A DNA stretch of 64,000 bases, taken from the NCBI GenBank assembly GCA_022837635.1, contig JALHFY010000001.1:454512-518511 (forward strand), written 5' to 3'. The notes beneath the pieces are model-generated. The model searched no databases. It saw only the letters and a list, made by a program, of their open reading frames with translations, and had not been told where the DNA came from. Made by a program: the position numbers and the translations under genes. Origin of the DNA: Candidatus Shapirobacteria bacterium (GTDB lineage Bacteria; Patescibacteriota; Microgenomatia; UBA12405). Positions 56,895 to 64,000 of the stretch are shown here, one piece after another (the stretch's first letter is position 1; each line of letters starts with the position of its first letter).

Positions 56895-58307
56895 ATGAAG
56901 AGATTTTATATTAGTACACCTATTTATTATATTAATGCGGAACCAAGTGCAGGTTCGGCTTGTACTACTGTAGCCGCAGATGTGGTGGCCAGACTTCATC
57001 GACAATTAGATGATGAAGTTTTTTTTCTGACCGGAACTGATGAACATGGAGAGAAAGTGGCTCAGGAAGCGGCTAAAGCGCAGTTAACCCCGATTCAATT
57101 TTGTGATTCAATAGCCCCGAAATTTATTCAAGCTTGGAAACTGTTAAACATCAGTCATAACTTTTTTATCAGAACAACAGATCCTCAGCACAAGAAAATT
57201 GTGAGTGAGTTTTTGCAAAAAATATTTGATAAAGGTGATATTTACAAAGATAAATATGAGGGTTGGTACTGTAGTGGTTGTGAAGCTTTTAAGACAGAAA
57301 AAGAACTGGTAGATAATCATTGTCCTTTACATCCTCCCGAAAAAACAGTCTGGAAAAGTGAGGATAATTGGTTTTTTAAGTTGTCAAAATACGTTCCAGA
57401 AATCATCAAGCTGTTAGAAAATAATGAGAGTAATTATATTTTTCCGGAAAGTAAAAGAGTGGAAGTATTGGCTAAATTAAAGGCAGGGGTAAATGATATT
57501 TCAGTTTCGCGGGAAAATGTAGCCTGGGGTATCCCCGCTCCTTGGGATAAAAGTCAAACCATTTATGTGTGGATAGACGCCTTGATTAATTATTATAGTG
57601 CGACTCAATTTTTGGAAAATAAAAGAGAATTCTGGCCAGCAGACTTACATCTTTTAGGTAAAGAAATTTTGTGGTTTCATGCAGTTATTTGGCAGGCAAT
57701 GTTGATGTCAGCCGAGCTGCCTTTACCTAAAAAAATTTATGTGCATGATTTTTACACCATTGACGGTCAAAAAATGAGTAAATCTCTGGGAAATACGATT
57801 CCACCCAAGGAAATGGTGGATTTGTTTGGAGTCGATGGGGCTAGATATTTAATTATCACTTCTTTCCCTAATGACGGTGATGTAGATATTGGTATCGAAC
57901 GTTTTAAGGAAAAATACAACGCTGATTTGGCTAATAATTTAGGAAATTTACTGAGTCGGGTGTGCAAATTAGGTGAAGGATTGGTTGTCCCTGAGTCTCC
58001 AGTCGATAAGGAAAACTTTATTCAATTGGTCAACCAATTGAAATTGAGTGAAGCGGTTGATTGGGTGCTGGAAAATTTTATTGACAAATCTAATAATTTA
58101 CTTAATCAAGTTGAACCATGGAAACTGTCTGTAGATGATTCAAAAAGAGTTGAAGTATTAACAGAGTGTGCCAGTAATTTATTAAAGGCAGCTGATTGTT
58201 TGGAACCAGTGATACCGGAAGCTTCTGAAAAGATTAAAGAGCGATTGAGTGGAAAAATAAAGGTTTTAGAAACAGCTTTGTTTCCCAGAATCAAACAAAA
58301 TGATTGA
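56895..58307 (+). CDS. metG: Methionine--tRNA ligase (short MetRS, no C-terminal tRNA-binding extension)
   Basis: FYISTPIYYINAEPSAG...LTGTDEHGEKV. CSGCEAF...CPLH (zinc knuckle). KMSKSLGN. Confidence 0.9.
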   Translation: MKRFYISTPIYYINAEPSAGSACTTVAADVVARLHRQLDDEVFFLTGTDEHGEKVAQEAAKAQLTPIQFCDSIAPKFIQAWKLLNISHNFFIRTTDPQHKKIVSEFLQKIFDKGDIYKDKYEGWYCSGCEAFKTEKELVDNHCPLHPPEKTVWKSEDNWFFKLSKYVPEIIKLLENNESNYIFPESKRVEVLAKLKAGVNDISVSRENVAWGIPAPWDKSQTIYVWIDALINYYSATQFLENKREFWPADLHLLGKEILWFHAVIWQAMLMSAELPLPKKIYVHDFYTIDGQKMSKSLGNTIPPKEMVDLFGVDGARYLIITSFPNDGDVDIGIERFKEKYNADLANNLGNLLSRVCKLGEGLVVPESPVDKENFIQLVNQLKLSEAVDWVLENFIDKSNNLLNQVEPWKLSVDDSKRVEVLTECASNLLKAADCLEPVIPEASEKIKERLSGKIKVLETALFPRIKQND

Positions 58308-59037
58308 TACTCATGCTCATTTAACATCAAGGTTTGGCCGTAAAAATGGTGATATTGATGGACTTGAATATGTGATTTTGGCAGCCAGTAGTGTAGATGA
58401 CTCAAGAGAAAATATCATTTTGGCGAAAAGCGATAAAAGACTATTGCCTAGTGTGGGGATACATCCGCAAGAAATAAATAAAGAGATTGATACGCAAATA
58501 AATAGTTTGGAAGAATTGCTTAAAAAACATAAAGAAATTGTAGCGGTGGGAGAATGTGGTTTAGAACTTGTAGGTGAGGTTGATAAAAATTTGCAAATAA
58601 AATTTTTTGAAAAACAAATTGAACTAAGCCTTAAATATGATAAAGCCATCATAGTCCATTCCCGAAAAGCGGTAGAAGAAACTCTGGAAATTCTAAAAAA
58701 ATATCAAAATTTAAGAGGAGTAATTCACTGTTACAGCGGTGGTAAAAAAAAGATAAAAAACTTTTTAGGGTTGGGAGAAAATTGGTTTTTTGGAATTGAC
58801 GGTAATGTGACTTATGAACAGGGTGTGGTGGAAGTAGTCAAAAATATTCCTAAAGACAGGTTAGTTTTGGAAACAGATTCGCCTTTTTTGGCGCCTATTC
58901 CCCATCGAGGTGAAGAAAATAAACCGGCTTGGATAAAAAATATTTATGAACAAGTGGCGGAAATCTGGGGAGAGGAATTTAAGAAAACTGAAAAAATCAT
59001 CGATGACAACGCCAAGCGCTTATTTAAGATAATCTGA
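58300..59037 (+). CDS. tatD: TatD-family metal-dependent hydrolase / DNase
   Basis: MIDTHAHL...GECGLE...HSR...HCYSG...ETDSPF. Confidence 0.85.
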   Translation: MIDTHAHLTSRFGRKNGDIDGLEYVILAASSVDDSRENIILAKSDKRLLPSVGIHPQEINKEIDTQINSLEELLKKHKEIVAVGECGLELVGEVDKNLQIKFFEKQIELSLKYDKAIIVHSRKAVEETLEILKKYQNLRGVIHCYSGGKKKIKNFLGLGENWFFGIDGNVTYEQGVVEVVKNIPKDRLVLETDSPFLAPIPHRGEENKPAWIKNIYEQVAEIWGEEFKKTEKIIDDNAKRLFKII

Positions 59038-59259
59038 GAGGATGGCTTCCAGTTCTGATTTAGAAGGATACTGATCGATCAAAACAACTTCGTTATCAAT
59101 TAAGAGGATAGTGTTACCCTGTAAACCTCGGGCGTAAACTTTGTTCATATCCCGAATATATTCAGGATCATCAATTTGAAAACGTTGACAAAGAGAATCT
59201 AAATCAGCAAATAATTTTTTCCCAGGAGGTAGACCACGATCAAAAAGCTGTATTTTCAT
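59020..59259 (-). CDS. Small hypothetical protein (79 aa)
   Basis: ORF only. No motif recognised. Confidence 0.3.
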   Translation of the reverse strand: MKIQLFDRGLPPGKKLFADLDSLCQRFQIDDPEYIRDMNKVYARGLQGNTILLIDNEVVLIDQYPSKSELEAILSDYLK

Positions 59260-59268
59260 AATAAGAAA

Positions 59269-60291
59269 TTATAACTCAAGATTAGCATTGACGTCCAAAG
59301 TGTCGGGGTCAGAAAATTGTTGCTTTTGAGCTTTATAAAAAGCCACTAAAGCAATCATGGCAGCATTATCGGTATTGAGTTCTTTTTTGAAGGGCATGTA
59401 GATAGGTAGAGAATATTTTTTAGCTAAAAGTCTCATTTTTCGGCGTAAAGTTAAGTTTGAAGCAACCCCACCAGAGAGTAAAAGTAATTTTGGTTGAGTT
59501 TTTTGAATAGCCAACTCAAATTTACGAAGTAAAGTAGAAAAAACAGCATTTTGGATTGAGGCGGCGAGATCAGGTAAATTTTTAGCAATTTTGCTTTTAG
59601 GCCAGTCTTTAATCTGGTAATAAAAAGCTGTTTTAAGACCGGAAAAGGAATAGTCAAGGATTTTTTTGTCAGGTAAAGGACTGGGTAAAGTTAAAAAATC
59701 GGGGCGACCGGTTTTAGCCAGACGTTCAATCGCCGGACCACCAGGATAACCTAAACCTATAAGTTTGGCAGATTTATCCAAAGCCTCACCAGCGGCATCA
59801 TCCAGAGTTTCACCAATAATTTGATATTGACCAATATGATGGATAAGTACGATTTTAGTATGACCACCAGAAACAGTCAGACTAAGAGCGGGAAAAGATT
59901 GTGAACGTAGAGGTAGACCACGACGATTTTGTAAAAAATTTGATAAGAGATGGCCTTCGACATGGTTAACACCAATAATTTTTTTCTGGTGTTCTAAAGC
60001 CAAAGACTTGGCAAAATTAAGACCAACACTAAGAGCGATAGCTAAACCGGGACCTTGGGTAACAGCGATAATATCAATATCTTGAATATTTAATTTAGCC
60101 CTATTTAGGGCAGTTTTAACCACCGGTTCGATTCTTTGTTGATGAGCTCTTTTGGCAATATCGGGAACAACTCCACCCCATTGGGCATGTAGATTAACTT
60201 GTGAGGAAATAACATTGCTTAAAATTTTTTGATCAGAAAGAACGGCAGCACAAGTGTCGTCACAACTGGTTTCAATACCAAGGAGATACAT
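59269..60291 (-). CDS. tsaD: tRNA N6-adenosine threonylcarbamoyltransferase TsaD (Kae1/Gcp)
   Basis: MYLLGIETSCDDTCAAVL...GVNHVEGHL... Confidence 0.9.
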   Translation of the reverse strand: MYLLGIETSCDDTCAAVLSDQKILSNVISSQVNLHAQWGGVVPDIAKRAHQQRIEPVVKTALNRAKLNIQDIDIIAVTQGPGLAIALSVGLNFAKSLALEHQKKIIGVNHVEGHLLSNFLQNRRGLPLRSQSFPALSLTVSGGHTKIVLIHHIGQYQIIGETLDDAAGEALDKSAKLIGLGYPGGPAIERLAKTGRPDFLTLPSPLPDKKILDYSFSGLKTAFYYQIKDWPKSKIAKNLPDLAASIQNAVFSTLLRKFELAIQKTQPKLLLLSGGVASNLTLRRKMRLLAKKYSLPIYMPFKKELNTDNAAMIALVAFYKAQKQQFSDPDTLDVNANLEL

Positions 60292-60312
60292 GGTGTTGTA
60301 TTATAGAATAAG

Positions 60313-60903
60313 ATGACTTCAAGAACAAAATATCTTTTACTATCAGCAGTTTTATTTTTATTAAGTATTGCAGGAATGGGAATCTTGTATCTAAGACAAA
60401 CATCCCCAAGCAAGGAAATAGCAGTGGTGGAGCCAACTTTTGCCTTTCCTAGTCCAACACCAAAGATGATGGAGAGTATTATCATTCCCACCAATCAACC
60501 TACTGCTACACCAATTAGTCCTTCGCCAACGCCACCAGCTGATAGTCAGGTTTATGAAAATGAGGATTATAAGTTTAGACTTACTTACAGTAATAATCGC
60601 CGAGTTTACGAGGAAAAAGAAGGACAAGGCTTAAGAGTGACTTTCTATAGCTCTCTAGGAAACATAGCTGTACATATGGGTAAAGATTGGTCTTGGAAGC
60701 ATCCAGAGCGAAAATTAAGCGAAGAGTTTTTGGTGGATAATGAAAAGACTTTTATTTTTGAAAATGAAGAACAAAAAATTATAGATTTTGAGAAAGGAGA
60801 GTATAAATATAGCATTCAGTGTATTCACAAAAATCAAAGCAAAATAAAAGAAGAATGTGAGACGATAGTCAACAGTTGGCAGTTTATGGTTGAGGTAGAG
60901 TAA
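60313..60903 (+). CDS. Hypothetical membrane-anchored secreted protein with a short PT/PS-rich linker
   Basis: Anchor YLLLSAVLFLLSIAGMGILYL. PSPTPKMM...PTATPISPSPTPP. About 110-aa C-terminal domain with 2 Cys. Confidence 0.45.
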   Translation: MTSRTKYLLLSAVLFLLSIAGMGILYLRQTSPSKEIAVVEPTFAFPSPTPKMMESIIIPTNQPTATPISPSPTPPADSQVYENEDYKFRLTYSNNRRVYEEKEGQGLRVTFYSSLGNIAVHMGKDWSWKHPERKLSEEFLVDNEKTFIFENEEQKIIDFEKGEYKYSIQCIHKNQSKIKEECETIVNSWQFMVEVE

Positions 60904-61963
60904 AGGAAATTTGTCGTTGAGTGGGACCTAAGTAATGAAAAAGAATCGGGATGGTGGTGGTTATTTTTTTTAACTTATTGAGGTTTTTTTGACCCATATT
61001 TTCAGGCCATTCTAGGGCATAAATAGATGAACAATTAAAGTGTTCAAAAAAGTGTATTTCTTTGAACTCAAAGTCATTTTTCAAACGATATAAATCAAAG
61101 TGATAAAAGGATTTAAGAGTGGGATGAGAGAGAGAGTAATGATTGTAAATTACAAAGGTGGGAGAGAGAATTTTTTGAGTCACCCCCAGGTTTTTGGCCA
61201 GAGCTCGAGCAAAGACAGTTTTACCACAACCCAAGTCACCGGAAAGCAAAAAAACAATCGGTTTAAGAGGAGAATAATTTTTAATTTTATTGAGAAGATG
61301 CTTGGCAACTTGACTGGTTTCAGTTTCTGAATTGGAAATAATTTGATGATCAGGAGAAAGCAAGATTTGACCAGGGCGAAGAATTTTTAGATCACTTTCA
61401 AGAGCATCAATAACAGTAGAAGGCTTATTTCTAGGTAAAACACCAGCATCAACCACTAAAGAAATCAAAGATTGTTTTTTAAGTGAAAGAGTTTTGAGAA
61501 AAGCGGAAATGGAATAATGAGGCGTTCGACCAGAAAGATTGGCAGAGGTGGCAGTGATAGGTTTTTTAAGGATTTTAAGAAGATCTAAGACTGGTGGAGA
61601 GTTGGGAATACGAATACCTAAAGATTGATTTTCAGCCTCAATACCCCGAGCTAATAGGTTTTTTCCAGGAGAGATGATAGTAAAGGGTCCGGGAAATAAA
61701 TTTTGGTAAAGATCTAAAGTATTTTGATTTAAGTAAGCGTATTTCTGAGCCATATTTACATCAAGCACAGCAATAGAAATGGCTTTACCAGGCCAGCGAT
61801 TTTTGAAGGCTAACAATTTGTTAACTGCAGACTGATTACTGGGGTCAACGGCTAAAATATAAACAGTATCAGAGGGAAAAACAACCAGATTGCCAGCCTG
61901 GATTTCGGCGGCAGTTTGGGTAAGTGCTTTTTGATAATTCGGAAAAAGAGGCAAGATTAACAT
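60884..61963 (-). CDS. Bifunctional fusion: TsaC/YrdC (L-threonylcarbamoyladenylate synthase) N-terminal domain plus TsaE/YjeE P-loop ATPase C-terminal domain
   Basis: N-terminal half: VVFPSDTVYILAVDP, FKNRWPGKAISIAV, TATSANLSGRTP (YrdC motifs). C-terminal half: LSGDLGCGKTVFARALAKNLGV, SPTFVIYNHY, HFDLYRL, ALEWPE (TsaE motifs). Confidence 0.8.
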   Translation of the reverse strand: MLILPLFPNYQKALTQTAAEIQAGNLVVFPSDTVYILAVDPSNQSAVNKLLAFKNRWPGKAISIAVLDVNMAQKYAYLNQNTLDLYQNLFPGPFTIISPGKNLLARGIEAENQSLGIRIPNSPPVLDLLKILKKPITATSANLSGRTPHYSISAFLKTLSLKKQSLISLVVDAGVLPRNKPSTVIDALESDLKILRPGQILLSPDHQIISNSETETSQVAKHLLNKIKNYSPLKPIVFLLSGDLGCGKTVFARALAKNLGVTQKILSPTFVIYNHYSLSHPTLKSFYHFDLYRLKNDFEFKEIHFFEHFNCSSIYALEWPENMGQKNLNKLKKITTTIPILFHYLGPTQRQISFTLPQP

Positions 61964-62008
61964 CGGCTTATTTTATCATTGAAGAGACTCAGATGATAAA
62001 ATGAAGAT

Positions 62009-62425
62009 GTGAAACAAATTTGGGTGATGACGATACTGATATGGTTATTGGTAGTGGGAATACTGAGGGTTTATCCCCTATCTCAGGGTGAAAAATATTT
62101 TACTAGATTGCAAAAGTGGTATTTGGCGGTAGAGAATTCTCAGTGGGAAAAAGCTAAGGTAATGGAAAGAGATTTAAGTAAAGAAGACACGATAGCTTTT
62201 GCTCAGAAAAATGAAAATAGTGAATTACAAAGGAGACTGGCTCAAAGTAAAAGTAAGTTAAATAAAACTGCCGATGATTGGGCGGAGATATCGGTAATTC
62301 TGTATAAATTAGGTCAATATCAGGAATCAGCCGAAGCCGCTGCCGCAGCCTATGAGATAGATCCGATTCGGGAAGATGTGAGCCGACTCTATTTTAGTTC
62401 TCGGGCTTTTCTTCAGAAGCCTTAG
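62009..62425 (+). CDS. Hypothetical membrane-anchored protein with a TPR-like helical region
   Basis: TM MTILIWLLVVGILRV. Helical, Ala/Glu-rich C-terminus. Confidence 0.4.
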   Translation: MKQIWVMTILIWLLVVGILRVYPLSQGEKYFTRLQKWYLAVENSQWEKAKVMERDLSKEDTIAFAQKNENSELQRRLAQSKSKLNKTADDWAEISVILYKLGQYQESAEAAAAAYEIDPIREDVSRLYFSSRAFLQKP

Positions 62426-63095
62426 AATCTTTAGACTGATCTTGATCAGTTCCTTCTTCACCTCCCTCCTCAGATTTTTGAGCGGTAGCTGGAACATCTT
62501 CAGGAGCAACTTCTTCTTCCACAGGTTCTTCTTCAACCTTAGGTTCCTCGATGATAGCAATAACTTGCTCCGGATCAGTTTTAATTTCAATGAGATCTTG
62601 ATCAACTTGAAGGTCAGAAACTGATATTTTTTGACCGATTTCTTCCAGAGAAGAAATGTCCACTTCAATCTTTTCAGGCAAATCAGCCGGCAGAGCTTCA
62701 ATCTCAACTTCATCAGTCACCGGAACCAGAATATTACCGTTTTTAACAGCCGGAGATTCACCAATTAATTCCAAAGGAACATTGGCGACAATTTTTTCTT
62801 TTAAGTTGACTTGATAGCAATCAATATGAATTAAATCGCCTAAAACAGGATGAAATTGAGGATTCTTGAAAATAACTGGATAGGTTTCTTTATCAATATT
62901 GATTTCGACTAGGGTAGATTCACCAGCATGTTCGAAAATTTTGTCCAGCTCCAGAGCCGTAAACTGAACAGAAATAGGAGTCATGGCTTGACCATAAATA
63001 GTAGCTGGGATTTGACCGGCTTGTCGGAGTTTTTTAACTTTACGACCGGTAACAGTTCTGAGGGTACCAGAGAGTTTGGGATTTTCTTTTTTCAT
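62394..63095 (-). CDS. rplY: 50S ribosomal protein L25 / general stress protein Ctc form (with an acidic C-terminal tail)
   Basis: LSGTLRTVTGRKVKKLRQAGQIPATIYGQAMTPISVQF...GDLIHIDCYQVNL. C-terminal EEPVEEEVAPED... Confidence 0.85.
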   Translation of the reverse strand: MKKENPKLSGTLRTVTGRKVKKLRQAGQIPATIYGQAMTPISVQFTALELDKIFEHAGESTLVEINIDKETYPVIFKNPQFHPVLGDLIHIDCYQVNLKEKIVANVPLELIGESPAVKNGNILVPVTDEVEIEALPADLPEKIEVDISSLEEIGQKISVSDLQVDQDLIEIKTDPEQVIAIIEEPKVEEEPVEEEVAPEDVPATAQKSEEGGEEGTDQDQSKDSKASEEKPEN

Positions 63096-63390
63096 TTTAT
63101 GACTTTAGTTTGGCGCCTTTGATAATTAACGACTTCGCCACAACTAAGGACAGAGGTAGTATATCATTTCTTCTCAGCCCAGGGGGGATAAGGTTGGTCA
63201 TAATAGGCTCGAGTGGATGAAGTACGACTGTTTCTGAGAATCATTCTGTGTGGATCTGGTTCAACAGAAAATTGAGCGGAAGGAAGAGATGGGAGAGAAG
63301 AAAGTTTTTCTGGTCGACAAAAAAGATTGTTTAAGGTTTTAATTCCATTAAAAATAGGGCGAATGATAGGGAGATGTTCTCGTTTCATTG

Positions 63391-63464
63391 TAGGCATGCA
63401 TGGATTCGAACCATGGACCACCGACTTATAAGATCGGTGCTCTAACCAACTGAGCTACATGCCC
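63391..63464 (-). tRNA. tRNA with anticodon UAU (reads AUA; Ile). No encoded CCA. G1-U72 pair.
   Basis: Minus strand: GGGCATG-TA-GCTC-AGTTGGTTA-GAGC-A-CCGAT-CTTATAA-GTCGG-TGGTC-CATGG-TTCGAAT-CCATG-CATGCCT-A. Cloverleaf folds by hand. Loop CTTATAA puts TAT at positions 34-36. Confidence 0.7.
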
Positions 63465-63491
63465 AAAATTTCGTCTTGGCAGGTTTCGAGG

Positions 63492-63565
63492 TGGTACAGT
63501 AGCAAGGGCGGGACTTGAACCCGCGACCCCGACGTTATGAATGTCGTGCTCTAACCAACTGAGCT
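63492..63565 (-). tRNA. tRNA with anticodon CAU (elongator Met or Ile2-type). No encoded CCA. G1-U72 pair.
   Basis: GGCAAGG-TA-GCTC-AGTTGGTTA-GAGC-A-CGACA-TTCATAA-CGTCG-GGGTC-GCGGG-TTCAAGT-CCCGC-CCTTGCT-A. Confidence 0.7.
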
Positions 63566-63624
63566 ACCTTGCCTTGATTAAAGTTACGGCATAGCAAGCT
63601 GACCATAACTTAGGGAATTATATC

Positions 63625-63653
63625 AACAAAAAAGTCGTCAAGTTAATGACGAC
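63625..63653 (-). terminator. Rho-independent terminator downstream of the first-transcribed tRNA (minus strand)
   Basis: Minus-strand read: GTCGTCAttaactTGACGAC followed by TTTTTTTGTTG. 7-bp GC-containing stem, 6-nt loop, U-tract. Confidence 0.65.
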
Positions 63654-63661
63654 CTCTTTGT

Positions 63662-63734
63662 TGGTTGCGGGGCTGGGAGTTGAACCCAGCCTGTGAGATT
63701 ATGAGCCTCACGTGCAGCCGTACACTACCCCGCA
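63662..63734 (-). tRNA. tRNA with anticodon CAU and genomically encoded 3' CCA (Met, fMet or Ile2-type)
   Basis: TGCGGGG-TA-GTGT-ACGGCT-GCAC-G-TGAGG-CTCATAA-TCTCA-CAGG-CTGGG-TTCAACT-CCCAG-CCCCGCA-A-CCA. Confidence 0.65.
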
Positions 63735-63768
63735 TGTTGCTTTGAAGCCACCAATTGTATCATAAAAA

Positions 63769-63948
63769 TCACAAAGTAAGCGATTTTTGGAGCTTTTCGT
63801 TTCTTATCTCTAAAAATTGAACTTTATTTTCCAAATTATGAATTTGATTTCTGGCATTGATTAAAAGAGAGAGTTGTTTATAAATCCCTGAAAGGGCATA
63901 GATTATAGCAATAAGTAGAATCAGAGTATAAAAATTTTTTTTAAGCAT
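63769..63948 (-). CDS. Unlisted small ORF (59 aa): single TM plus coiled coil, FtsB/DivIC-like architecture
   Basis: Reverse translation: MLKKNFYTLILLIAIIYALSGIYKQLSLLINARNQIHNLENKVQFLEIRNEKLQKSLTL*. Below the 60-aa track cutoff. Confidence 0.25.
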   Translation of the reverse strand: MLKKNFYTLILLIAIIYALSGIYKQLSLLINARNQIHNLENKVQFLEIRNEKLQKSLTL

Positions 63949-64000
63949 TTTGGTTGCGAAGTAGCCTAGTGTATGGTACTATAAGACATATTTATCATAA

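Noticed and set aside
63164-63421. 85-aa ORF on the minus strand
   Set aside because: Starts inside tRNA(UAU) and has a low-complexity Pro/Ser-rich translation. Most likely spurious.

Overview
This 64-kb window is low-GC and gene-dense, with most genes on the minus strand. The gene content looks like a reduced, Gram-positive-like CPR/Patescibacteria-type genome. Supporting signs are an archaeal-type ProRS, short IF-2 and AlaRS, a sortase with a FemXAB aminoacyltransferase, and little evidence of Shine-Dalgarno use.

Most of the window is core information-processing and envelope genes:
- rpoB (partial)
- MiaB-like methylthiotransferase, mltG, ruvX, sortase
- alaS, ftsK, proS, RNase J, family-4 UDG
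- a protease-less Lon-like AAA+ protein
- pnp-rpsO, infB-nusA
- a CIRCE-controlled hrcA-grpE-dnaK-dnaJ operon
- rmuC, dut, a UvrD-type helicase-nuclease, gatCAB, FemXAB, a second UvrD/PcrA helicase
- murJ, rpsT-metG-tatD, tsaD plus a TsaC-TsaE fusion, rplY
- three minus-strand tRNAs followed by an intrinsic terminator

The stretch that looks accessory runs from about 42.8 to 53.6 kb. It carries a UbiA-family prenyl-phosphate phosphoribosyltransferase-like gene, a PAP2 phosphatase, two tandem PMT/ArnT-like GT-C paralogs with an HPDE loop motif, a DUF2298 'YYY' membrane protein, a GT4 glycosyltransferase and a SAM methyltransferase. Directly beside these sit two secreted, membrane-anchored proteins with long Pro/Thr-repeat linkers. 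I interpret this as a lipid-linked pentose glycosylation module, analogous to the mycobacterial decaprenyl-phospho-ribose/arabinose and PMT systems, that probably decorates the PT-rich surface proteins or the cell wall. This is a hypothesis, not an identified system.

Other points worth a second look:
- a CIRCE operator with an embedded sigma70-like promoter and a leaderless hrcA
- a candidate sortase substrate (LPAAG)
- a degenerate NrnA-like DHH protein
- GC-rich and AT-rich intergenic hairpins in the dnaK-dnaJ and nusA-infB spacers
- eukaryote-like Cys-rich and Trp/Cys C-terminal modules on surface proteins
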